This document shows, one piece after another, positions 30,107 through 39,913 of a stretch of DNA of 64,000 bases. Under the pieces are notes generated by a model that searched no databases, was not told the origin of the DNA, and saw only the letters and a program-made list of their open reading frames with translations. Source of the DNA: Candidatus Latescibacterota bacterium (GTDB lineage Bacteria > Latescibacterota > UBA2968 > UBA8231); NCBI GenBank assembly GCA_965223905.1, contig CBDCXV010000011.1, positions 1,696,001 to 1,760,000 on the forward strand, written 5' to 3'. Made by a program: the position numbers and the translations under genes. Within the stretch, counting starts at the first letter, position 1; each line of letters begins with the position of its first letter.

Positions 30107-32719
30107 TCAGCGAAAAACCGCTTCCCTCGGCACCAGGAGTTCGTCCGGTCGCTCAGCCACATAGGGAGGAATGCCCAGCAGTTTTACGGTTGAGCGGACG
30201 CTGTTGAGGCAAAAAGCCCATATCCGGTTGTCGGCTCCCGCAGGCACGATCACGGAGATGTCGTGGCCAAAGGTCAACGGCGTGTGTCCCCTGCCGGCGG
30301 TGTCCCGGCCGGCCAGGTCCCTGCCGGACACGAGCCCGGCATTGTCGGAGACAATCTGTCCGTCAGGGCCGTAGATGCGGATGTCGCTTTCAAAGCTGCC
30401 GGCACTGTGAACCCGCAGTACGAACGATTCGGTACCCCGGGGCACGAAGAAGTAGAGCGGCTCGCTTATCCTCGGGCGCAGTAGCGTGAACTCGCTCGAG
30501 CGGGAGGCCTCGGCCACTGCGGGCCGGCTGCCGAACTCGAGCCGCCCGCCCTTCAAGTAGCTGGTTCCCGGGTCGAGCATGTAGAGGCCCGGACGCGGAA
30601 TCCGCAGCTGGATCCGGGCGCTCTCGTTCCGCTGCTTGTTGATGGAGTCTTCCAGCACGACCGCGCCCGTCACGACATCCTTGAGCGTCCAACCTACGTC
30701 CAGGGTGTGGCCGGGGTAGGGATCGAAGGGCAGAACCACGGACTCACCCGCCTCGGCGGGGAAGAAATACGTGGCCCTCTCGCAGAAGAGGGGTGACTCC
30801 TCGCGGTTTCGCAGCAGTGCCAGCAGGGCGTCAGAGGGGCCGACGTCGACGCGAACGAGGTCCCGCGACCACTCGGTCGGCATCACGTCCACCGCGGTCA
30901 GCCCGCCGTATGCCCCGAGGCCCTCGTCGAAGAGGCGGGCGACCTCGGCGTGGACAGGGATGTCCGTCCTCTCCGTTTTCCAGGCCTCCACCATCTCATC
31001 GGTCACGGACTCCAATTCGGTCAGCTTCCGGAACCCGTGATCGATGCCGGCCATGTCGAACCAGTCCCAAGAATGGAGCACCGCATAGGTGTGGATGAGA
31101 CCCGTATCCATGATCCGGCGCGAAAACTGGACAAGCTCGTGACCCCTTGTGAGGATCACCGCCGGATCCCGCTCTCTCTCGAACTCCCATCGCAGGCGGA
31201 GCCAATGCAGGTACATCATGAGATGGTCCAGGCGTGTCTCGATGTCCGGGGTTGCCGCTACCTTGCGAGCCGAGTCCAGGTCCCGGTACGAAAGCACCAG
31301 CGTCCTCTCGTTCACCTCGTTCAATTCCGGTCGGTCATTGCGCCGGTTCCAGCGTTCGTAGAATCGACGAACCGGCCCCGCGGCTTCCCCGAGGGCCTTG
31401 TCGTAGAAGTCGTCGATGATGGCGTCGGCGTCCGCCTCCGCGTCCCAGAACAACTGGGCCGCGAGGTAGTATCCCAAACCGTTGGCGCCCCAGTTGATGT
31501 TCGACTCCGGGACGTATGTGGTAGCGCCGAGGCTGTGGTAGTAGGGAATCATCGTGCGCAGGTAGTCCAGGTCGCCTGCCCTGGCCTTCCCCGGCAGGCC
31601 CCAGTCCCACTGGTAGATGGAGAAGTAGTCGTAGATGCCGAAGTTACCGGCCTTGTCGGAGAAGCCGGCTATCTGCTCCTCGAACGTCATTTCCGTCCTG
31701 CGCATACCTGTCGTGAGTTGCACGTACACGTTCGGGTGCAGTTTGAAGGACGGCGGCTCCGCGTGATGGGCGTAGGCCAACAGTCCAACGTACTTGTCGG
31801 GAAACCTCCGGGTCACGGCCTCCGCAACCTGATTGGCGAACAGGAAGACGCGGTCGCTGATCGTTCCCACGGCCACGCATCGTTCGCCTTCGCAGAACCC
31901 GCCGCCGTCGTTCGGCTCCATCGACACCATGATAGCTTCCGGGTTGTCGATATCCCGTTCGAACGCGTTCAAAGCGTAGTCTATTGCCAGTTGGATGACT
32001 TCAGGATTGGTCGTGCAGATTTGATTCCCGCCGCGTTTGCCGTCGACGAGGGCGAAATACTCCGGGTGGTCCTCGAAGAGGCTGCGCGGGACGAACCCGG
32101 CATAGGCATGTCCGGTGGCAGTATTGAACCATCCGCGCTGTCTGTTGTGCCGGTACCAGGCCTGGAGGTCCGAGTGAAGCTTCTCGGTGTGCGACCCGTA
32201 GGCGTACCAGATGTAACGGTAGTCGTAGTCCGGGCTGTCGATGGCACTGACGTCAATCTGCAGCGTGTCCCGCTCAGGGATGACGGTCCAGGCCTCGTGG
32301 GGGAAGAACCACCGGCAGCCCAGCTGCCGAAGGAGCGTAAAGATCCCCTGCTGTGCGCCGACGTCGCTGTTGCCGATGACGTAGAGCCTGTCGGCGGTGC
32401 TGTGCAACACAAAGGCTTCCGGGTTCTCGCCCTTCAGTTCATCCACGCGAGGCGAGTCTGGAAACTCGCCCGATGTGCCGACCACGATGGCCCGTTGCGC
32501 AGGCACGCCGGTCGTGACGGCGGGAAGACTGCCGCACATCTGTTCGATGACCTGCGCGAGTACTTGCGAGTATTTCCGCGTGATTTCGGACGCCGTCGGT
32601 GCGATGACGACGTGAGCAGCACCCGAGTCGGGATCGGCAATTGTAAAGGGTTCTGAAGCCACGGCTGCGCCTCCCAGCAGAGCCGCCCCGAAAAAGGCAG
32701 TTGGCCGACAGGGCGACAT
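30107..32719 (-). CDS. Secreted DUF4838 domain protein (GH20b/GH67N-like N-terminus plus TIM barrel)
   Basis: Signal peptide, LGCRWFFP, HPEYFAL, QICTTNPEV, SMEPNDGGGFC, LAYA, FYDKALG. Paralog of 57212-59779. Confidence 0.88.
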   Translation of the reverse strand: MSPCRPTAFFGAALLGGAAVASEPFTIADPDSGAAHVVIAPTASEITRKYSQVLAQVIEQMCGSLPAVTTGVPAQRAIVVGTSGEFPDSPRVDELKGENPEAFVLHSTADRLYVIGNSDVGAQQGIFTLLRQLGCRWFFPHEAWTVIPERDTLQIDVSAIDSPDYDYRYIWYAYGSHTEKLHSDLQAWYRHNRQRGWFNTATGHAYAGFVPRSLFEDHPEYFALVDGKRGGNQICTTNPEVIQLAIDYALNAFERDIDNPEAIMVSMEPNDGGGFCEGERCVAVGTISDRVFLFANQVAEAVTRRFPDKYVGLLAYAHHAEPPSFKLHPNVYVQLTTGMRRTEMTFEEQIAGFSDKAGNFGIYDYFSIYQWDWGLPGKARAGDLDYLRTMIPYYHSLGATTYVPESNINWGANGLGYYLAAQLFWDAEADADAIIDDFYDKALGEAAGPVRRFYERWNRRNDRPELNEVNERTLVLSYRDLDSARKVAATPDIETRLDHLMMYLHWLRLRWEFERERDPAVILTRGHELVQFSRRIMDTGLIHTYAVLHSWDWFDMAGIDHGFRKLTELESVTDEMVEAWKTERTDIPVHAEVARLFDEGLGAYGGLTAVDVMPTEWSRDLVRVDVGPSDALLALLRNREESPLFCERATYFFPAEAGESVVLPFDPYPGHTLDVGWTLKDVVTGAVVLEDSINKQRNESARIQLRIPRPGLYMLDPGTSYLKGGRLEFGSRPAVAEASRSSEFTLLRPRISEPLYFFVPRGTESFVLRVHSAGSFESDIRIYGPDGQIVSDNAGLVSGRDLAGRDTAGRGHTPLTFGHDISVIVPAGADNRIWAFCLNSVRSTVKLLGIPPYVAERPDELLVPREAVFR

Positions 32720-32967
32720 CAGCGGCGCGGCACGATGCCGTCGAGGTTGGTGCGGCGGTACTGGTACCGCCAGAGGCGCGACTTCGGCGAGCGCGTCAGG
32801 CTCATGCGCACGATCCAGCCGCACCTCGCATGAACCGGATCGAGTCGACCGTCGCCGCCGTTCTCCTGCACGTGCTGCACGTGGCCCCTCGCATCCTGAA
32901 TGAAGAGGTTCGTTGGGATATGTTTGCGAGACGAGAAAGAAACGGCCGGCAACCTTGCCATCTTTCT

Positions 32968-34545
32968 TTATTTAACCGGTTTATTCTCCAAAATAATCAC
33001 CCGTGTTTTTGGGCCTGTTTCATCCCCCAAACCAGTTTCTGGATCTTTTAACACATTCATCAGCAGGTCTACCCGGAATACCCCGGCAATGATATCCAGC
33101 CGCTTGTCATTATTGACATCACGCAGTTCCAAAGAAACTACACTTTGCGGACGGCTGGCGATATTATGGCGCTTGAAGTTCTGCGAGCCGTCATTTTCAA
33201 ACCAGATCAGGCTCTGGCGCTTGGGGTCATCCCAGTAATTGGACCAGCTGCTGGCGACAATATCCATATCCCCATCGTTGTCCATATCTCCAACCACCGC
33301 ATCCACAGCACCGTAAAAGCGGTCGATATTCTGATGCTGAATGGCGTAGAATACCTCACGCGCGGAGCTGCCCCCGGTGGCTTCAGTCAATTTCAACTGA
33401 CCGAAATTTTCCAGCCACTGCACGCCGTGATAGGGTTTGGGATCCCACTGAAGGTCGAAGTTGTCGCCGTTGGTGAAAACGATATCCTGGTCGCCGTCAC
33501 TGTCCAGGTCGGCCAGGCTCATGCCGGTGGAACCGAACATGGGGTGCGGTGCTTGAGTCAAGGTGTTTGATGTAAACTCGCCTCCGCCCAGATTGACGAT
33601 TCCGATAATGGCCTCGTTCTCCTGGGAGACAAAACTGATAAAATCCACCAGGTCATCCCCGTTGAGGTCTGTCGACGTTATGTTCAGACCGCCGCGAGCA
33701 TTCACCATGGTGTGTTTTTGATACTGACCCTTGCCGCGATTTTCAAGCCAGGCCAGTTCCCCCACGATATTCCCGCCGAAAATGGCCACGGCAACATCCA
33801 GGTCGCCGTCCTTGTCTATATCACCGCTGCGAACATCGGTGATGCGACCCACCCCCTCCAGCAGCACTTTTTTCTCGAATTGATTGGGTCTGGTCTGTTC
33901 CAATACCACCACCCTGCCGGCCAGCTTGTCTGAAGGAGGGTAGTAACCCAACGCCGCCACCAGGATATCCTTGTCGCCATCCGCGTCATAGTCCACCACC
34001 TCGGTGTTCACTGGAATAGCGACATTCGCCAGTTTGGATTCCTGCCACTGGCCCTCGACCTGTTGCAACAGGTTTACCTGATTGCTCTCGCCGTCACACA
34101 GAAGGAATTCCAATTCGTCATCGCTGTTCAAATCGGTGCTGCTGATTTTGATCACCGAAGGCAACACCGATTTCTCGCCGATCTCTTTCAAGTGGAAAGC
34201 AACGGGGCTGTCAGTGTTGTCGAAATAGGGCAGCCTGGGCAGCTCTGCCGGAGCACTGCGGTAGTAGAAGGCGGTGAGATCCCTGAGCACATCGTCGGGG
34301 AAGAAGGGGTGGCCATTGCGCTCTATGGCCAGGTCCTGCATGGCTTGAATCACCCTGGGCCAGTCTTTTTTAGGCATTAGATTCGCCGGAGGGGGAGAAT
34401 GGCAGCCACCGCAGTACTGTTTCTTGAGGGCCGCAATTTCCTGGGTTGTTCGCTGAGGCTTGGCTTGGGCCTGCAGGCCTGTGCTCAGGGCAAGTCCCAA
34501 CAATCCGGAAAGGAGTCCGTGTGCCAAACGGGCTGTAGCTTTCAT
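32968..34545 (-). CDS. Secreted FG-GAP/VCBS repeat protein with N-terminal c-type haem motif
   Basis: Signal peptide, YCGGCH..P.....PK..W, repeats DYDADGD, DIDKDGD, DLNGD, DLDSDGD, DMDNDGD. Visibly lower GC than the flanks. Confidence 0.88.
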   Translation of the reverse strand: MKATARLAHGLLSGLLGLALSTGLQAQAKPQRTTQEIAALKKQYCGGCHSPPPANLMPKKDWPRVIQAMQDLAIERNGHPFFPDDVLRDLTAFYYRSAPAELPRLPYFDNTDSPVAFHLKEIGEKSVLPSVIKISSTDLNSDDELEFLLCDGESNQVNLLQQVEGQWQESKLANVAIPVNTEVVDYDADGDKDILVAALGYYPPSDKLAGRVVVLEQTRPNQFEKKVLLEGVGRITDVRSGDIDKDGDLDVAVAIFGGNIVGELAWLENRGKGQYQKHTMVNARGGLNITSTDLNGDDLVDFISFVSQENEAIIGIVNLGGGEFTSNTLTQAPHPMFGSTGMSLADLDSDGDQDIVFTNGDNFDLQWDPKPYHGVQWLENFGQLKLTEATGGSSAREVFYAIQHQNIDRFYGAVDAVVGDMDNDGDMDIVASSWSNYWDDPKRQSLIWFENDGSQNFKRHNIASRPQSVVSLELRDVNNDKRLDIIAGVFRVDLLMNVLKDPETGLGDETGPKTRVIILENKPVK

Positions 34546-34673
34546 CGTCAACTGCCTTTTGCAGGGATTCCACCTGTCTGCGCTGTCAAGGCACATCCAC
34601 CTTCGCGCACCCCGCGATCTGGCGTCCGGCGCCATCCTTGAGGGAGAAATCCCTGAATCGGAGCGGCACAGTT

Positions 34674-36854
34674 TCAACGGGCTCCTATGGCTCCCTCGAA
34701 CATCTGCTCCGTCCGCTCGCGCAACTTTCCGAAAATCTCCTCGCGACGCAGCACCATCCGGTGCTTCCGCCGTGCCTCCTCGGCTTTTTCCGTTTGCCCC
34801 ATCTTGCCGTAGAGACGGCCCAGGTGATTGTACACCTGGATCTCTTCCCCCTGTTGAATGAGACGCTCGTACTCCCGCACCGCCTCGCGGTTGCGTTCCA
34901 GCCCTTCGTAGGCGAGGGCCAGATTCCGGCGAGCAAGCACGTGATCCGGGTTCCTGTCCAGAACATGGGAAAACTCCGCAGCAGCCGCCGGGAATTCCCG
35001 CCGTCTCAGGTAGCTGTATCCCAGATTGTTGCGCACGTCGTCATGCCCGGGCTGCTGCTCCAGGAGCAGCAGGTACAGGTGCTCCGCTTCCCGCCACCGT
35101 TTCTCCTGCTGGTAGAGGACTGCCAGATGGTACCCGGCATCAAAATGATCGGGGTCCAGTTCCAGGGCCTTCAGGAAGGAATCCCTGGCTGCCTCCAGGC
35201 GTCCCGCCAGACGCAGGGCCCCTGCCAGGCCAAAGTGGGAACGCGCAGCTGTCGGTTCCAGTTCGACAATCTCCTCCAAGAGGACCACGGCCTCTTCGAT
35301 TCTCTCCTCTTCGAGATAGAGATTGGCCAGATTGCGCCGGGGATCCGCCCGTAGCGGAAACCGTTGGGCCAACAGCCGGAATTGTTCTCGAGCCTCGGCG
35401 GGGTTATCGAGATCGACCAGGAACTCACCCAACTTCAGGCGTGCATCGTAGTGACTCTCATCCAGATCGAGGGCTCTTCGCAGCTCCAAGGTCGCCCTCG
35501 CCGGCATACCTTTGCGGGCGTAGGCCAGCCCGGCGTAGTAGCGGTCCTGGGCGTCGTTCGCCGGGGTGATGGCTCTTGCGTTCAGCGGCCACGCGACAAG
35601 GAGGAGGAGACCTGCCGCCGGCAACAGGCTTCGCCACTGCCCGGCCGACACCCGGTCCTTCAACCACGCGCCCGCGTAGCAGGCCAGCAGAATCAACAGC
35701 GGCACCGCGGGGAGACGGTAGCGGGCGGTCACCGAGAAGGCGACGACCGCTCCTGCATAACACAGGACAAACAATACGATTAGACCCGCCCGTCTTTCGA
35801 CGATGGCCAGCACCAGGCCGACCAGCGCCAACGGGCCCACGACGCCGAACGGGAAGGCGAGCCAACGATGCCACACCAGCCCGGCCAGCAAGGGGGAATG
35901 GGCGCGGGCAAAATAGATATCGGTATGACCCCGAATCTCGCCTCCCTGCCAGAAGTCGAACGCTTTCCCGGCCAAAGATCGCATATAGGCTGCCGGCTCC
36001 TCTCTGACGAACGAGGTCGCCGCCCGCCAGAAATAGGCCGATTGTTCGGAGGGTTTTTCCAATCCCTGCCGGACCGGCTGCCGGATCAGCTCATCCCGAT
36101 CCGCGCCCGGTCCCAACCTGACCGTTCGCGCGTAATCCGGGTTGTTGCCCAGATAAAAACTCAAGCCCGAGTCCGATGAGAGAAGCACCAGGTCCCCACC
36201 CTTGTGGTAGTTTCGCCACGTCGTGCCGCCGATGACGAGAAGCATCCCCAGCGCCAGCAACAGGACGCGGCCGAGCCGGGCAGGCAGCCCCGGATCTCTG
36301 CGCCACATTATCCATCCGGCCACCCCCAGGCCGAAGAGGAACACGTGGGCAACGGCGAGGCCGGCCAGGCCCAGCAGGAGTCCGGCAGCAAGACAGGACC
36401 AGGGATGTCTGACGGTACCTGGGCGGAGGAGAAAGAGTACGAGGCCCAAATTGAGGAGGATGGCCAGCACCGGGGGAAGGAATTCCCCCTCGAAGTAGAT
36501 CAGCGGTCCGTACACCGCAGCCACGGCCCCGGCGGCAAGACCGATGCCCGGGGAAAATACCCCCCGGCCGACCAGGTAGAGCAGTACGACGCCGAGCGCG
36601 CCCAGGCTGAGCTGGATCAGGCGGCAGGCGAAATAATCAGCCCCGAAGAGCCAGTAGAGAATGCCCAGGAAGGCGGGATAGAGCGGCGGCCATGTGAACG
36701 GCCCGTCTCCCAGGCTGAAGGTCGCGGCGAGCTGTTCCGCTTGCTGGAAGTAGGCCTGTGCGTCCACCATGGGTGCATCGAAGAATGGGCTCCGAGCCGC
36801 CATCTGGTGGAGGTAGAGAGCGCGCCAGAGGAAAGCGAATGAGAACAGGAACAC
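34674..36854 (-). CDS. GT39/PMT_2-like (GT-C) membrane glycosyltransferase with C-terminal TPR array
   Basis: VDAQAY, PPLYPAFL, YGPLIYFEG, WRNY..G....LS..SG.SFYLGNNP, ARYRLP, followed by multiple TPRs. Confidence 0.88.
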   Translation of the reverse strand: MFLFSFAFLWRALYLHQMAARSPFFDAPMVDAQAYFQQAEQLAATFSLGDGPFTWPPLYPAFLGILYWLFGADYFACRLIQLSLGALGVVLLYLVGRGVFSPGIGLAAGAVAAVYGPLIYFEGEFLPPVLAILLNLGLVLFLLRPGTVRHPWSCLAAGLLLGLAGLAVAHVFLFGLGVAGWIMWRRDPGLPARLGRVLLLALGMLLVIGGTTWRNYHKGGDLVLLSSDSGLSFYLGNNPDYARTVRLGPGADRDELIRQPVRQGLEKPSEQSAYFWRAATSFVREEPAAYMRSLAGKAFDFWQGGEIRGHTDIYFARAHSPLLAGLVWHRWLAFPFGVVGPLALVGLVLAIVERRAGLIVLFVLCYAGAVVAFSVTARYRLPAVPLLILLACYAGAWLKDRVSAGQWRSLLPAAGLLLLVAWPLNARAITPANDAQDRYYAGLAYARKGMPARATLELRRALDLDESHYDARLKLGEFLVDLDNPAEAREQFRLLAQRFPLRADPRRNLANLYLEEERIEEAVVLLEEIVELEPTAARSHFGLAGALRLAGRLEAARDSFLKALELDPDHFDAGYHLAVLYQQEKRWREAEHLYLLLLEQQPGHDDVRNNLGYSYLRRREFPAAAAEFSHVLDRNPDHVLARRNLALAYEGLERNREAVREYERLIQQGEEIQVYNHLGRLYGKMGQTEKAEEARRKHRMVLRREEIFGKLRERTEQMFEGAIGAR

Positions 36855-36945
36855 GGCGGCGCACCACGTTCCGCGCGAGCACTCCTGGTAAAGCCGTTTC
36901 GTCTTTCTGGTCAGCCGCTCGACCAGGTTCGGGGAGGTTTTGATG

Positions 36946-37173
36946 TCAGTGCCTGCGCGCGAAATCTAAGCGTACGAACGAGGGCCGCCGATGCGCCCCG
37001 CTCGCAAGGCGCATGAGCGAGTCGTACCGGGGGTGTACGGCGAACGAAGGCAACGCCGCGAGCCGGGATTGAGGGAAAAATCGCACAGATGAAGGGTTTG
37101 GATTGAACCGCGATTTTTCCCTCAAGATGCAGCGGCGAACGAATTCACGCGGAATGGCGCAAGCAGGCGCTAA
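36946..37173. mobile_element. MITE-like structured non-coding element
   Basis: Imperfect terminal IR tcagtgcctgc / gcaggcgctaa, nested stems, and a perfect 16-bp IR at 37069-37084 / 37110-37125. Confidence 0.55.
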
Positions 37174-37190
37174 TCCTGAGCGTCACTTTG

Positions 37191-37583
37191 TCAGAACACG
37201 ACCTCGATGGAAACCCGACCCGCACCCAGCTCCCCGCCGGTGGTGGTGCCCGCCTCGAAGGAAATGCGGACCGTCTCCCCCGGCTTGACCCCGAACAGCG
37301 TTTTTCGCACCTCGCCGACCTCGCCCTCGATCTTCTCCATATTGACGTTGTAGCCGGGATGGTCTTCTTCCACTGGAACTTTTACGGCCTTGCGGGAAGA
37401 GGCTCTGAGGGTGAAGTCCGCAGTGGTGCCCACCACCTCGATCCGGTAAACGTTCTCAGGGGTTTCGTTCAGAAACAGGATTTCGTCGTCACCCCCTCCA
37501 CCGCTGTCGACCAGCTTTCTTCCGCCGCAGTCGGACAAAACGAACGCCGCGAGCAGCACGATCAGGAATATCAGAACTCTCAT
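37191..37583 (-). CDS. Small putative lipoprotein (last gene of operon B)
   Basis: MRVLIFLIVLLAAFVLSDC, RBS ggagg, beta-rich mature part. Confidence 0.7.
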   Translation of the reverse strand: MRVLIFLIVLLAAFVLSDCGGRKLVDSGGGGDDEILFLNETPENVYRIEVVGTTADFTLRASSRKAVKVPVEEDHPGYNVNMEKIEGEVGEVRKTLFGVKPGETVRISFEAGTTTGGELGAGRVSIEVVF

Positions 37584-37600
37584 GGCACGGTCCTCCATAC

Positions 37601-39901
37601 TTACCTTGTCGGGCTGCCGGACAGGCTCTCGAAACGCTTTAGCATGGCCGTTGCGTCCTCCGCCTGGCCCTGCGCCGAGCGCAGTTGGGACAGGTTGTAG
37701 TAGGCCTGCGCATAGCCCGAATCGATTGCAACCGCCCGCTTCAAGGCTCTGTCTGCTTCGTCGTGGCGTCCCGCGTTCGTATACAGTCCGCCGAGCTCAT
37801 TCCACGCTTCCTTGTAGGCTGGATTGAGCCTCAAAGCCCGCATGAGCGAACTTTCCGCCTCCCCGGGCCGTCCTTGTTTGTTGTACAGGACTCCGAGTTC
37901 GTAGCGCGCTTCCGCGCCGCTCGAATCGACTTCGATGGCCTGCCACAGGGCTTTCTCCGCCTCCTCGTAACGTCCCTGATTGGAATGGAAAAAGGCCAAC
38001 AGGCGGTGCGTGTAGGCGGATCCTTCCCCCCCCACGCGAACGGCGTTTCCCATTTCGGCGTAAGCAGCCCCAAAGTCTCCCTCGGCCGCGTGCGCGAGCG
38101 CGAGGTCATGGTAGGAAGGGAGAAACGTCGAATCGATGCGAATGGCCGCCCGAAAAGCCTCGATAGCCTCGGCTGTGCGGCCCTTCCGAACGTGGGCGAT
38201 GCCGAGACCGTAGACGCTGTCCCGCGCTGCCAACTGCCTCCAGTCATCCCCGGGAAGCTCCATGGCGCGGAGTTCCGGCTCGAAGATGCGGACCTGATCC
38301 GCGTACTTCTCCCGCACCTCGGCGACCAGGCTGTTGAACAGCTCCTCCTCTCTCATCACCCGAAGGGAGGCCGTCGCCCTTCTTTCAGCCGCGGCGAAAG
38401 GTTGCAATTGGCCCACCCTCCTGTCCTGCACACGGAAGACGGAATAGCCCTGCGGGACTTGCACCGGACCGACGAACTGACCCACATCCGCGGCGAGCGC
38501 CCGGTCCACCAGCTCCCCGTACCGGGCCCGCTGATGCCCGTGCAAGTGCAGATTCCCGTCCTCGGTACCCGATCGCTCGGTCAGATGTGCCAGGTCCTCG
38601 AACGGTTCCCCCGACTCCAACCGTTGACGCACGGCGGTGGCCGCGTCCGGATCATCCACGAGAATCTCCTGGATCCAGATCTGGGAGGACTCGACGAACA
38701 GGCCGGAGTGATCGAGATAGAACTGCCTGGCATCCTCCTCGCTGACCTCCACCTGGTCGCGGACCGTCCGGCGCAGAGCCATCAGCAGGAGCTCGACTTC
38801 CTTGCGTTTTTTCCACCCGAGCACTGAGGGGGTCTGGTGATACCCCAGCTTCCGGGCCGCCTCCCGGATCATGATGTCGGGCAGTACCCAGACCCGGGCG
38901 GCCTCCACCACGGCGACACTGTCCCCAAGCCCGGGCTTGCGTCCGAGATGGCGAAACGCCCAGTCGTAGTCACCGACGGTTATTTCTCCCCCTTCGTAGG
39001 TAAAGAGCGTGGCGGCCGCCTCGGCAGGCGTGAGCTGTGGCCGCGACGTTCCACCAGGCTCCTTGCCCACCAGGATCGCCAGTCCCTCCGGTTTCAGCGA
39101 AAGGCCTGATTCGTAGGCCAATTCCTCGACCAGCGCCCGCCTTTCGACCGCCAGTTTCTCCTTCCCGAGATCGGCGCGCGCCCTGCGGCGGTTCCTGGGT
39201 GAGATCTCTTCCCGCTCCCGGGTAAAGCGGACCAGGAGATAAGCTCCGCGCGATGACAGCAGCTCCGAGACTTCGCCCGATTCCAGCTCGCGGAAAAGCT
39301 CGACGGGAATACCCGCCCGGCCAGCCACGGATCCGTCGACAAAACCGACTTCCCCACCCGTGTCGACAAACCGCTCATCGATCGAGTGGAGCCGCGCCAG
39401 CTCGGCGAAATCGGCCCCCTCTTCCAGGCGCCGGCGAAGACGGGCGGCCTGCTCTTCGGTCTCCACAACTATCCAGCTCAGGAGCCTCTCGCGGTCGAGT
39501 CCGTCCCTGGCGAGACGCGCCCGCACCTCCTGCCCGGTGATGCTGACGAGAGGGTGGAGGTGGCGTCTCTCGTACTGATCGACTACGTGCCTGCGAACCG
39601 CGTACTGGTAGCCGGCCTGAAACGCGCTGGTGGTGTCGATTCCCCGACGGCGGGCTTCGAGTACCAGCAGCTTTTCGTCGATGAGCGTCTGCAGGTAGTC
39701 GCGTCGGGCGGCATCCCCGCCCTTCTCAGGGCGCAGTCCCGGCAACAGCGAAGCGGCGAACTCCTCGACTTCGCGCCTGTCGATGGACTCCTCACCGACC
39801 CGGGCAATGACTGCCGAGGGGGCGTCGGCCTGTTCGCCGGGAGGGGTGTCGGCGCAGGCGACGACGAAGAGGAGACAACCCGGAACTATTCTTCGAATCA
39901 A
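37601..39901 (-). CDS. Parvulin PPIase lipoprotein (two rotamase domains) with C-terminal TPR repeats
   Basis: Lipobox VVAC, LQTLIDEKLLVLEA, GADFAELARLHS, VGPVQVPQGYSVF, TPR tail. Confidence 0.88.
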   Translation of the reverse strand: MIRRIVPGCLLFVVACADTPPGEQADAPSAVIARVGEESIDRREVEEFAASLLPGLRPEKGGDAARRDYLQTLIDEKLLVLEARRRGIDTTSAFQAGYQYAVRRHVVDQYERRHLHPLVSITGQEVRARLARDGLDRERLLSWIVVETEEQAARLRRRLEEGADFAELARLHSIDERFVDTGGEVGFVDGSVAGRAGIPVELFRELESGEVSELLSSRGAYLLVRFTREREEISPRNRRRARADLGKEKLAVERRALVEELAYESGLSLKPEGLAILVGKEPGGTSRPQLTPAEAAATLFTYEGGEITVGDYDWAFRHLGRKPGLGDSVAVVEAARVWVLPDIMIREAARKLGYHQTPSVLGWKKRKEVELLLMALRRTVRDQVEVSEEDARQFYLDHSGLFVESSQIWIQEILVDDPDAATAVRQRLESGEPFEDLAHLTERSGTEDGNLHLHGHQRARYGELVDRALAADVGQFVGPVQVPQGYSVFRVQDRRVGQLQPFAAAERRATASLRVMREEELFNSLVAEVREKYADQVRIFEPELRAMELPGDDWRQLAARDSVYGLGIAHVRKGRTAEAIEAFRAAIRIDSTFLPSYHDLALAHAAEGDFGAAYAEMGNAVRVGGEGSAYTHRLLAFFHSNQGRYEEAEKALWQAIEVDSSGAEARYELGVLYNKQGRPGEAESSLMRALRLNPAYKEAWNELGGLYTNAGRHDEADRALKRAVAIDSGYAQAYYNLSQLRSAQGQAEDATAMLKRFESLSGSPTR

Positions 39902-39913
39902 ATATCCCTCAAT

